From an uncultured Chloroflexia bacterium (GTDB lineage: Bacteria > Chloroflexota > Limnocylindria > Limnocylindrales > CSP1-4), in NCBI GenBank assembly GCA_963721545.1, contig CAVRKB010000001.1, positions 38,131-102,130 of the forward strand: 64,000 nucleotides of DNA, in the 5' to 3' direction. This document shows positions 45,314-54,749 of this stretch, piece by piece. The position numbers and the translations under genes were made by a program. The notes beneath the pieces were generated by a model. The model searched no databases and was not told the origin of the DNA. It saw only the letters and a program-made list of their open reading frames with translations. Position 1 is the first letter of the stretch, and every line of letters starts with the position of its first letter.

Positions 45314-47520
45314 GAGTCCGCAAGCTGAGCGGCCGCGACTTCCGACGCTACCGGGAGTTCGACCTGGACTTCGCGCCCGGCCTGACGATCGTCCGTGGGC
45401 CGAACGAGTCGGGCAAGACGACGATCCAGCGCGCGATCGAGCTGGCGATCACCCGTCGCGCGACCAGCACGGCCAACGAGCTCGAGACGCTCCGGCCGTG
45501 GGGCGCACCCGCGGAGGCTCGCTCGGTGATCACCGTCGAGTTCGAGCAGGACGAGGAGGACGGCCAGAAGGTCGGCACGCTCGAGAAGACGTTCGCCGGC
45601 TCGAAGGGCACCGTCCGCCTCGACTACGACGGCCAGTCGATCACCGATCCGACGCTCGCCGACCAGGTGATGGCCGAGCTGACCGGCATCCCGACCGAGG
45701 GCTTCTTCCGCTCGACCGCCTCGGTCCACCACTTCGAGCTGAGCGACCTGTCGCGCGACGACGGCGCCCTGCGCGACCGGCTGCAGGCCTCGATCAGCGG
45801 GGCCGACCGCGGCACCAGCCGGGCGCGTCGAAAGCTCGACCGCGCGCTCCACGAGCTGAACACGCGAGGGGATCGCAACCCCGGCCGGCTCAAGATCGCC
45901 GAGCAGGCGGTCGAGCAGGCCCAGATGGCAGTCGAGCAGGGCGAGCTGGCGCTGACCCAGCTCGAACGGGACCGCGACGCCCTGGCATCCGCTCGCGAAC
46001 GGCGTGGGGAAGCCGATACCGCCCTGGCCGAACGGCGGAGCTTGCTCGACAAGGCACGCCAGGCGGAACGGATCATCAGCGAGCGCGACGCCGCGACCGA
46101 GCGCTACGACCGCTACCGGCAGGCAGTCGACGTCGCCGCCGAGGTGCAGGCGCTGGCCACGACCCATCCATCGCCCCATCCGCTTCCGGTCGTGCGCACC
46201 GCGGTCGAGCGGCTGCGCTCGCTCGACGGACGGATCCGCGAGCTGCGCGCCGCGCTGTCCGGCGAGGTCGCCGTCCAGTTCAACGTCGCACCCGAGCCGA
46301 CGTGGCGCCCGTTGTCCCGGGTGTCGGTGGCGCTCGTCGTCATCGGCATCCTGCTCGCGGCGGTGCCGGTCGTGATCAAGGCGCTCGGCATCGTCGACCT
46401 CGGGTTCGTGGTGCAGGCCATCGGCGGGATCATGGCCATCGTCGGGCTCATCCTCGCCGCCGTCGCGTTGTGGCTGCGCCGGAGCGCCAAGCTCCAGGCC
46501 CAGCTGCGCGACGTCGAGATCGATCGGCGGCTGCGTGGGCGGTCGGACATGGAGGCCGAGCTCAAGGACTGCGAGGCGCGCTCGACGGCGCAGCTCGGGT
46601 CGCTGGGACTGGCCGGCCTGCCCGAAGCGGAGGACCTGCTCGCCCGCGAGGAGGCGCACGTCGCCCACATCGACCGGCTGACCGCGCAGCTCGAGGGGCT
46701 CGTCGGCAAGGAGCCGCCCGACAAGCTGCCCGAGGCGCGCGACGCCGCCGCGCTCGAGATCTCGCAACGGACCAGCGCGCTCGAGGCACTCGGGCCGATC
46801 GCCAAGGAGCCGCGAGCCCGCGAGCGCCTCGAGGTCGAGGTCCGCGATCAGGAGGCGGCGCTCGAGCGCGCCCGCGACGACGAGGCGAACGCCCGAGCCC
46901 GGGTCGAGGCCAACGGCGTCGACGCCGAGGAGATCGCCGGGCAGGCCGAGCGGCTGGCCGCGTGGCGCGAACAGCTCGCCGCGTAGCAGCGCCGGGAACG
47001 GGTGTTCGCCGCGACGCTGGCCGCGATCGATCGTGCCGAGCAGGCGACGATGAAGTCCGCGACGCGCTATCTCGAGACGCACATGGTCCGCGACCTGGCC
47101 GTGGCGACCGGCGGCCGCTACCGGCGTGTCCGGGTGGACGATCGGACGCTCGACATCGAGGTCCACGCCCCCGAGAAGGGCGACTGGGTGCCCGTCGAGT
47201 CGTTGAGCCAGGGAACGGTCGATCTCGTCTATCTCGTCGCTCGCCTCGGGCTGGTCCGCCTGGTGACCGGCGACCGGCGTCCGCCGCTCGTGTTCGACGA
47301 CCCATTCGTGACCCTCGATGACGCGCGGGCGACCCGGGCGATCGGGCTGCTGCGCCTGATCGCATCCGACTTCCAGGTCATCTACCTGACGACGTCACCG
47401 CGCTACGACGACGCCGCGGATGCCGTCGTCGTGCTCGATGGTCCGACGACGGTCGACGCGGCCGCCGACGGCCTGCCGACGAACGGTGCGGTCATCGCCC
47501 GATGCGACGCCCGAACGCGG
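45310..47520 (+). CDS. SbcC/Rad50-like (YhaN/AAA_27-type) coiled-coil ATPase; in-frame TAG at 46984-46986; end approximate
   Basis: Walker A GPNESGKTT, long coiled coil, signature LSQGT, Walker B LVFDDPF; GTG start overlaps the sbcD TGA. Confidence 0.85.
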
Positions 47521-47544
47521 GGCGGCACCGATCGGACAGCGCGG

Positions 47545-48408
47545 CTGAACGAGCTCGGCGGGGCCGCGTCGGCCACCGTCCTCCTCGGCCTCTTCTCCGC
47601 CGTCGCATGGGGCTGCGGCGACTTCGGTGGCGGGCTGCTGACCCGGCGAACGGCGCTCTTCGGGGTCGTCCTGATCTCGCAGTTCGTCGGGCTCGTGCTC
47701 GCGCTGATCCTGGCGGTCGTCCGCGGCGAGACCATGCCCGCGCCGGCGGACGTCGGCTGGAGCGTGCTCGCCGGGATCGCCGGCGGGGTCGGGATCAGCG
47801 CGCTCTACCAGGGGCTGGCCGTCGGCCGGATGGGGATCGTGGCACCCGTGACGGGCGTGATGGCGGCCGTCATCCCGGTCGCCGCCGGCATCGTCCTCGA
47901 GGGCGTGCCGCCGCCGCTCGTCCTGGTCGGGATCGCGCTGGCGATCGTGGCGGTGGTCCTCGTCTCGCGCGTCAGCGACGCGGCCGGCGGGCGCTCGGGC
48001 CTGGAGCTGGCCCTGCTGGCGGGCGTCGGCATCGGCGCCATGAGCGTGTGCATCGCCCAGATCGGCGATGGGCACGTGTTCGGCCCGCTGGTCGTGATCC
48101 GCTCGACGCAGGCCCTCCTGATCGTCGCAGTCGTGCTCGTGACCCGCTCCGCGTGGCGCGTCGACCGACGGCTCGTGCCCGCCATCGCCGGCGTCGGCGT
48201 CCTCGACATGGCCGGCAACGGCGCATTCATCCTGGCCGTCCAGACCGGGGCGCTGGCGGTGGCGGCGGTGCTGTCATCGCTCTATCCGGTCACGACGGTC
48301 ATCCTGGCCACCGTGGTCCTGCGCGAGCGCGTGACCCGATCGCATGCGGTCGGGATCGCGCTGGCCGCGGCGGCGGTCGGCTGCATCGCGGCCGGCTCGG
48401 CGACCTGA
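47545..48408 (+). CDS. EamA/DMT transporter (paralog 1)
   Basis: GCGDFGGG, LYQGLAVGRMGIVAPV, AAVLSSLYPV; 10 TM. Confidence 0.9.
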   Translation: MNELGGAASATVLLGLFSAVAWGCGDFGGGLLTRRTALFGVVLISQFVGLVLALILAVVRGETMPAPADVGWSVLAGIAGGVGISALYQGLAVGRMGIVAPVTGVMAAVIPVAAGIVLEGVPPPLVLVGIALAIVAVVLVSRVSDAAGGRSGLELALLAGVGIGAMSVCIAQIGDGHVFGPLVVIRSTQALLIVAVVLVTRSAWRVDRRLVPAIAGVGVLDMAGNGAFILAVQTGALAVAAVLSSLYPVTTVILATVVLRERVTRSHAVGIALAAAAVGCIAAGSAT

Positions 48409-48537
48409 CCGCCTGACCGTCGGTCGCCGATATGCTGCCATCGGCATCGCGCGTCCCGCCCGTGCCACCCCAGGAGACCCGCCGATGATCCAGAACCCGC
48501 CCGGCGTCACGACCCGGCCCGTCAGCGGGCCTGCGGC

Positions 48538-49398
48538 GTGAACGAGCTCGGCGGGCCGGCGATCGCGACCGTCGTCCTGGGCCTGCTCGCAGCGCTCGCC
48601 GGGGGCTGCGCCGACTTCGGCGGGGGCCTCCTGGCCCGCCGAACGGCCCTGTTCGGGGTCGTGCTGCTCTCGCTGTTCGTCGGGATGCTGCTGGCGATCG
48701 TCCTCGCGATCGGCCGTGGCGAGACCGCGCCGACCCAGGCCGACATCGCCTGGAGCGTGCTCGGTGGCATCGCCGCCGGGATCGGGTTCACGACGCTTTA
48801 CCAGGCGCTGGCGGTCGGGCGGATGGGGATCGTCGCGCCGGTCACGGGCGTGATCGCGGCGGTCGTCCCGGTCGCCGCCGGGATCGTGCTCGAGGGCGTG
48901 CCTGCGCCCCTCGTCCTGGCCGGCATCGCCTTCGCCATCGTCGCCGTGGTCCTCGTGTCACGCGTCGCCGACGAGGGCGGCGGCCGATCGGGCCTCGGCC
49001 TGGCGGTGGTCGCCGGGCTCGGGATCGGCTCGCTGAGCATCTGTGGCTCCCAGCTCAGCGACGGCCACGTATTCGGCCCGCTGGTCCTGATCCGCGCAAC
49101 CCAGGCGCTGCTGATCGTCGGCGTCGTCCTCGTCACGCGATCGGCCTGGCGCGTCGACCGCCGGCTCATCCCGGCCACCGCCGGCGTCGGCGTGCTCGAC
49201 ATGGTTGCGGCCGGCGCGTTCGTCCTGGCCGTCCAGACCGGCGCGCTTGCGATCGCGGCCGTGCTGTCGTCGCTCTACCCGGTGGCGACGGTGATCCTCG
49301 CGACCGTCTTCCTCCGGGAACGCGTGTCGCGCTCGCACGCCGTCGGCATCGTGCTGGCGGCGCTCGCCATCGGCTGCATCGCCGCCGGTTCGGCCTGA
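48538..49398 (+). CDS. EamA/DMT transporter (paralog 2)
   Basis: Same motifs; colinear with paralog 1. Confidence 0.9.
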   Translation: MNELGGPAIATVVLGLLAALAGGCADFGGGLLARRTALFGVVLLSLFVGMLLAIVLAIGRGETAPTQADIAWSVLGGIAAGIGFTTLYQALAVGRMGIVAPVTGVIAAVVPVAAGIVLEGVPAPLVLAGIAFAIVAVVLVSRVADEGGGRSGLGLAVVAGLGIGSLSICGSQLSDGHVFGPLVLIRATQALLIVGVVLVTRSAWRVDRRLIPATAGVGVLDMVAAGAFVLAVQTGALAIAAVLSSLYPVATVILATVFLRERVSRSHAVGIVLAALAIGCIAAGSA

Positions 49399-49438
49399 TC
49401 GGCGGCTGAATTCCGGGCGCGTCCGTTCGGACGCGTGC

Positions 49439-49978
49439 TCAGGATGGCGGGAGCCGGATCCGCCGGATCCTGACCAGGTCGACCTCGGCCGGGTCGCGCA
49501 GCACGACGATCTCGGCGAAGCCCTCGCGGCGCATCGGCGCGTCGGCGCCGTCGAGCGAGGCCCGCAGCCGCGCGAGGTGGCGCTGGACGATCGACTCGGC
49601 GACGGTCCGCGGCCGACGGGCCGCGTTGCGGGCCAGCACGACATCGGCCGGCAGGTCGAGCACGATCGCCGTGGCCGGCACGCCGGCCGCCATCGCCCGC
49701 GCGAGGAGCGCTCGGCGAGCGGCCGGTTCGACGCTCGTGGCGTCGACCACGGTCAGCAGCCCACCGGCCAGGCGGACCGCCAGCTCCCGGTCCAGCCGCC
49801 CGAACGCCGCCCGCGTTGCCCGTTGATCCGCCTCGTCGCCCGACACGAGCTCGCGGAACCGGTCGGACGACAGGACCTCGGAGGCATCGAACCAGCGCGC
49901 CGCGAACGTGGTCTTGCCCGAGCCGGCGGCGCCGACGAGGACGACGAGGCTCGGATCGGGAATGACGATCTCGCGCAT
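49439..49978 (-). CDS. AAA_33 P-loop kinase (polynucleotide kinase-like domain)
   Basis: LVVLVGAAGSGKTTFA..LSSD.FR..VSGDE.DQ..TVVDAT, matching the kinase domain of Pnkp. Confidence 0.85.
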   Translation of the reverse strand: MREIVIPDPSLVVLVGAAGSGKTTFAARWFDASEVLSSDRFRELVSGDEADQRATRAAFGRLDRELAVRLAGGLLTVVDATSVEPAARRALLARAMAAGVPATAIVLDLPADVVLARNAARRPRTVAESIVQRHLARLRASLDGADAPMRREGFAEIVVLRDPAEVDLVRIRRIRLPPS

Positions 49979-50000
49979 CGGCCGATGATGCGCCACCCGA

Positions 50001-50866
50001 TCAGCTGCGGCGGACCTCGTAGCCGCCGCCATCGGCGGCCCGGATCTCGTAGCTCGGCTGGTCGTACAGCGCCGGGCCCCGACGGAGGTGGCCGTCGGTC
50101 AGCCGGAAGCGCGAGCCGTGCCATGGACACTCGATGCAGCCGTCGACCACGGAGCCCTGCGCCAGCGGGCCGCCGGCGTGCGCGCACACGGCGTGCATGG
50201 CGTGGACCGTGTCGCCGATCCGGACCAGCAGGATGTCGTTGATCCCGGCCTTTGCCTTCGTCGGCGTCGCCTCGGGCAGACCGGCGAGATCGGTCACGTC
50301 ACCGGTGTCGAGCCGGACCCACTTGGTCCCGGCGCCGCGGAACGCGTGGCGGTTGACCATGTTGCCGAGCAGGTACACGACATCGCCACCGATGAAGGCA
50401 CCCGCCGTGACGATCAGGAAGCCGACGATCGACAGCGCGATCGGGATCGTCCGGTCGGCGGGGTTGCCGGCGCGCAGGAGGAGGGACACGAGGAGGACGA
50501 GCAGGGCGACCACCATCAGCGTCGAATGCGTCGTCGCGCGGACCCGGGCGGTGCCATCGGTGTCGGAGTAGTCCGCCGCGCCGGTCGCGGCCGCGGCGAG
50601 CATGAACAGGATGGTCGCCACGAGGGCGATGTCCGCGGCGGCTGGCTGGTTGAGCAGGTCGAGGACGACGGTCGCGAGCAGCGTCCCGATCGGGATGTCG
50701 GTGACCGCCGCCATGGAGCGGGATGGCCGAGCCACACGCCGTTGAGGAAGTCCTTGAGCGGCCGGATCGGCCGGAACAGCGCGCTCAGCCAGCGATGGTT
50801 GAAGTCCCCCAGCGGTCGGGCCCAGCCATCCTGGGCTGCGACGAGCTGAGCAAGCAGACGACGCAT
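50001..50866 (-). CDS. DUF2231-like membrane domain + Rieske 2Fe-2S protein (frameshift near 50720)
   Basis: FLNGVWLGHP, TDIPIG; Rieske motifs CAHAGG and CPWHGSRF. Confidence 0.88.
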
Positions 50867-50966
50867 GCGGCACCTCCCCGGCGAGTGTATCCACAGACCG
50901 TCCACAACGGCATCAAGTTCGGGGATAACTTTCGACCGATTCGCGACAAGTTCGTGGACAAGCCCG

Positions 50967-50995
50967 TTGTGGTGACCGGGGCCCCACCGTACATT
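50967..50995 (+). promoter_or_regulatory. sigma70-type promoter (-35 TTGTGG, 17 nt, -10 TACATT)
   Basis: TTGTGG at 50967-50972, TACATT at 50990-50995; predicted TSS about 51001. Confidence 0.5.
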
Positions 50996-50999
50996 TCGT

Positions 51000-51220
51000 C
51001 TTGCCCGAAGGGGCAGGTTGAACCGCCAGACCGGTTCGAGGAGTGATCCTCGGGACGGTCCCGGGAACCAGGTTCGCAGGTCGCAAGGCCGGCGAGCGAG
51101 GAACCCGGCGACGACCAGGGACTGCGGACTTGTTCGTAGCCTCAGGACCCGTCGAACGGAGGTCCCCACCAGTTCCTTCGGGCGCTTTCGTGTGCGCGGG
51201 AACCTGCGAGACGGTTGCAA
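51000..51220 (+). ncRNA. Candidate structured non-coding RNA of unknown family
   Basis: Dense hairpins with GAAG, GUGA and GCAA loops and a long-range closing helix; no credible ORF. Confidence 0.5.
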
Positions 51221-51277
51221 GCGATCGGCCGCCGCGGCGCGCATCCGCGGCCCGCGGCGCCCACGCATGATCACGGC

Positions 51278-51469
51278 ATGTGGCGACTCCTGCTCCTGCG
51301 AATCCTCCCGCGACGGCTGCTGCCGTTGCTCGTTCCTGTTCGAGCTGGTCCAGCTGGTCCGCCGGCTTGCGGTCGCGCGACGCCCAGCCGGCTGTTCGAT
51401 TACGACGACCGGATCATCGAGGGCCACGCGACGGCAGTCCCGCCGCGAGCCATCGATCGGGGCGCCTGA
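51278..51469 (+). CDS. Small hypothetical basic/hydrophobic protein (probable indel)
   Basis: MWRLLLLRILPRRLLPLL..; CATGAT element 6 nt upstream of the ATG. Confidence 0.5.
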   Translation: MWRLLLLRILPRRLLPLLVPVRAGPAGPPACGRATPSRLFDYDDRIIEGHATAVPPRAIDRGA

Positions 51470-51534
51470 CCCGCCCGCTCCCCGAGTCGCCGAGCGTCGG
51501 CGCCCGCCGCTGCCGGATCGGCTAGGCTCGGCGC

Positions 51535-52816
51535 GTGCCCACGACCGACCCCACGGATGCCGGTTCGCGCCGCCCCGCCCAGGACTGGCGCATCCTCGTC
51601 GCGGTCTTCTGGGTCACCTCGATGGTCGAGGGTCTCGGCGTCAGCCAGATCTTCGCGCTTGCTGCCGACGTACCTCCGCGAGATGGGCGTGGCCGAGGGT
51701 GACCGCCTCGCCTTCATCGGGCTGTTCAGCGCGCTGATCTTCGTCGTCGGCATGCCGCTCGTGCCGTTGTGGGGCGCGTGGGCCGACAAGTACAGCCGCA
51801 AGGCCGTCATCGTCCGGAGCGCGCTCGTCGAGGCGGTCGTGTTCGCCGCCGTCGCGCTCGCCCGCGAGCCGTGGCAGGTCGCCCTGGCGATGTTGCTGAT
51901 CGGCTTCCAGCTGGGCAACACCGGGATCATGCTGGCCGGCATCCGCGACGTCACCCCGCGCGCCCGCCTGGGCACGACGATCGCGATCTTCGGCGCCTCG
52001 GGCCCGATCGGGTTCGCGGTCGGTCCGGTCCTCGCCGGGGTCCTGATCGACGGGTTCGGCTGGGCGTTGCCGCCGGTCTTCGCCTTCTCGGCGCTGCTGT
52101 CGGTCGGGACCGCGCTGCTCGTCACGTTCGGCTCGAAGGAGGTCCGGCCGGAGGTCGTGCCCGAGGGCCGGATCGTCGACCTCGCCTTCGCCTCGCTCCG
52201 CGGCGTGCTGACCGACGTCCCGACCCGGCGGATCTTCGTGATCTTCGGCATCTCGTTCGTGGCCATCCAGATGAGCCGGCCGTACATCCCGGTCCTGGTC
52301 GAGGGCATCACCGGGGTCGGGCCGGGCCTCGCCTCGGCGATCGGGCTGGTGATGGGCACGGCCGCCCTGGTCGGCGCGCTGGTCTCGCCGCTCGGGGGCG
52401 TGCTGGGCGACCGGATCGGGTTCCGGCCGGTGCTCGTCGCGGCCCTCGCGGGTGCCGGGACCGTCCTCCTGCTCATGCCGCTCGTCGCGTCGGTCGGGGC
52501 CCTGGCGCTGCTGGCCGTCGTCCTCGGTGCCGGGACGGCGACCGTCAGCTCGATGATCTTCGGCCTCCTCGCGACCGAGCTGCCCGCCGAGCGCCGGTCG
52601 GCGGCGCTCAACCTCGTCTACCTGCCGCTCTACGCGGCCGGCATCATCGGGCCCGCCGCCGGCGCCGTCGTGGCCTCGGTGAGCGGCGTCAACGGCCTGT
52701 TCGTCGTCGGCTCGGTGGTCTTCTTCGTCGGCGCGCTGACGATCCTGCGCCGGCGCGACCGGCCGTCGGGCGAGGTGCCGTCGGAGGGCCGGGCGCCCGC
52801 CGCGTCGGAGCTCTGA
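51535..52816 (+). CDS. MFS transporter (DHA1/TetA-like; frameshift near 51660)
   Basis: WGAWADKYSRK, GGVLGDRIGFR, 12 TM. Confidence 0.9.
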
Positions 52817-52820
52817 TCGA

Positions 52821-53765
52821 CTAGCCGGGTCGCCGGCGAGTGACGACGAACCCGGCGAGGAGCAGCGCCACCAGCGTTCCGCCGGCCAGCGCCAGGGCCT
52901 CGCGGGTTTCGACGAACCGGTAGCGCTCGCCGGGCACGACGATCGAGACGATCGGGTACTTGGGGTTGCCGAACTCATCGTACGGATCGGCGCCACCGAA
53001 GTAGCCGTAGTCGACGAGGCTGCCGTCCGGCAGCACGAATTTCTGGTCGATATACAGGTCGCCCGACGGGCCGCCGCCAAGGCCGTTGGCGTCGGCCGGG
53101 ACCGCGATGGCCTCGTTGGCGAGGATCATCTGGTGGACACGCTCTCCCCCGGTGAGGCCGACGGTCGCGATCACCGCGGTCAGGATCACGGCGGGGAGCG
53201 CCCGAGCGACGACCGCGCCGACGAGAACCGCGACCCCGAAGATGAACAACGCCCGGCTGGCGATCAGGACGCCCCGGAAGCCGAATGCCGTGAACGCGTT
53301 CGACAGGTCCACGCCCGGGGTGATCGCCCCGACGTAGCGATCCGCGGCGATCCCGCCGACGAACGTGACGATCGCGAGCACGATGAGGATCGGCACCATC
53401 CTGGCCAGGAACCAGCGCGTCCGCGATGGTGCCAGCGACCAGGCCAGCCGGCTCGTCCCACGCTCGACCTCGCGGGCGACGATCGGCACGCCGAGGAAGA
53501 CCGCGGCCGCGAACGACAGGAAGATCAGCAGGCCGTAGCTCAGCCCCGTCACGCCGTACTGGGCCGAGTACCACGCGTCGAGCTTCGCCTGGCAGCCCGG
53601 CACGATCGTCTCGGTGGCCGCCAGGCACTCCGCCGGCGGGCGGAGCGAGTCGATCCACACGGCGGTCAGGAGGGTGGCCGCCCCGAACGCGACGATGACC
53701 CCACCGAACGCGAGCAGCTCGAATCGGCTCAGACGGAGCGTGAGCCGCGCCCATGTCAGGCTCAT
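52821..53765 (-). CDS. ABC-2 type exporter permease
   Basis: FLGVPIVAREVERGT.RLAWSL..SRTRW; TM segments. Confidence 0.85.
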   Translation of the reverse strand: MSLTWARLTLRLSRFELLAFGGVIVAFGAATLLTAVWIDSLRPPAECLAATETIVPGCQAKLDAWYSAQYGVTGLSYGLLIFLSFAAAVFLGVPIVAREVERGTSRLAWSLAPSRTRWFLARMVPILIVLAIVTFVGGIAADRYVGAITPGVDLSNAFTAFGFRGVLIASRALFIFGVAVLVGAVVARALPAVILTAVIATVGLTGGERVHQMILANEAIAVPADANGLGGGPSGDLYIDQKFVLPDGSLVDYGYFGGADPYDEFGNPKYPIVSIVVPGERYRFVETREALALAGGTLVALLLAGFVVTRRRPG

Positions 53766-54640
53766 GCGGCACGCTCCGTCGGTGCGACGATCGACCGGGG
53801 GACGCGCCCTGCGGCCAGGTGGCCGAGAACGACTTCCTCGAGCGTCGCTGGGCGACCTCCGGGCGCGGGGCCACGCACCAGGCCGAGCCGCTCGCCGGCC
53901 GGACCCGGAAAGATCCCGACGATCGTGCTGCCGCCCGGAACGACGGGGCTCGCTCCGGCCGAATCGATCACGACATGCTCCGCGATGGCGCCGGCGATCG
54001 ACAGGTCGAGCAGGGTCTGGCCTCCACCGAGCACGAGCAGTCGGTCGCACGCCTGCTCGATGTCGGTGATGACATGCGACGACAGGAGGGCGGTCGCACC
54101 ATCGGCGCGGACAGCATCAACGAGCACGTGAAGGAACTCGCGGCGGGCCAACGGGTCCAGGCTGGCCAGCGGCTCGTCGAGCAGGAGCACCGGTGCCCGC
54201 ACGCCGAGCGCGAGCGCCAGCCCGACCTGTGCCTGCTGACCGCCGGACAGCTCCTCTGCCCGCGCCGCGAGTGAGATGTCGAGATCGTCGAGCCGGCGCC
54301 GGGCCATGGCCATGTCGAACCCGGGCCGGAGCGAATCGGCCAGGGCAACGTGCTCGTCGACGGTCAGCTCCCGGTACAGCGACGGCGCCTGCGGCACGTA
54401 GCCGATCCGGCGGATCGCCGCGCCCCGGTCACGCCACGGATCGATGCCGTCGACGGTGAGGTGGCCCTCGCTCGGCCGCTCGAAGCCGACCCACGCCTTG
54501 AGCAGCGTCGACTTGCCCGAGCCGTTCGGGCCGACGAGCGCGGTGATGCTCCCGTCCGGGACCGAGAGGTCGACGTGGCGGAGCGCCCAGCGGCGTCGCC
54601 CATAGCGCTTGCCGATGTCATGGGTCTCCAGGATGGCCAT
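53762..54640 (-). CDS. ABC transporter ATP-binding protein
   Basis: GPNGSGKST, LSGGQ, LLLDEP, SSH. Confidence 0.95.
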   Translation of the reverse strand: MAILETHDIGKRYGRRRWALRHVDLSVPDGSITALVGPNGSGKSTLLKAWVGFERPSEGHLTVDGIDPWRDRGAAIRRIGYVPQAPSLYRELTVDEHVALADSLRPGFDMAMARRRLDDLDISLAARAEELSGGQQAQVGLALALGVRAPVLLLDEPLASLDPLARREFLHVLVDAVRADGATALLSSHVITDIEQACDRLLVLGGGQTLLDLSIAGAIAEHVVIDSAGASPVVPGGSTIVGIFPGPAGERLGLVRGPAPGGRPATLEEVVLGHLAAGRVPRSIVAPTERAA

Positions 54641-54749
54641 CGATCCCTCCGAGTGGCCGGTGGCCCGGGACGCCCCGACCGGCTGATGCTACGCGACCGC
54701 TGCTTCGGGGACGCGCCACTCGCGCGGGTGTGACGGCTACGATGGTGAC

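Noticed and set aside
46984-46986. In-frame TAG in the SbcC-like gene as pyrrolysine or read-through
   Set aside because: No pyl genes in the window and the position is a non-catalytic coiled coil. A single substitution (for example TTG to TAG) by error or a nonsense mutation is simpler.
50880-51000. Chromosomal oriC
   Set aside because: Only about four degenerate boxes, no AT-rich unwinding element and no dnaA/dnaN neighbours.
51000-51220. SRP RNA, RNase P RNA or c-di-AMP riboswitch identity for the structured region
   Set aside because: The SRP domain IV motif (CAGG.CC.GAAGG.AGCAG), the RNase P GAGGAAAGUCC motif and the ydaO core (GGGG.GAAUC, GUAGG, CAGCUAAC) are absent; only short chance similarities were seen.
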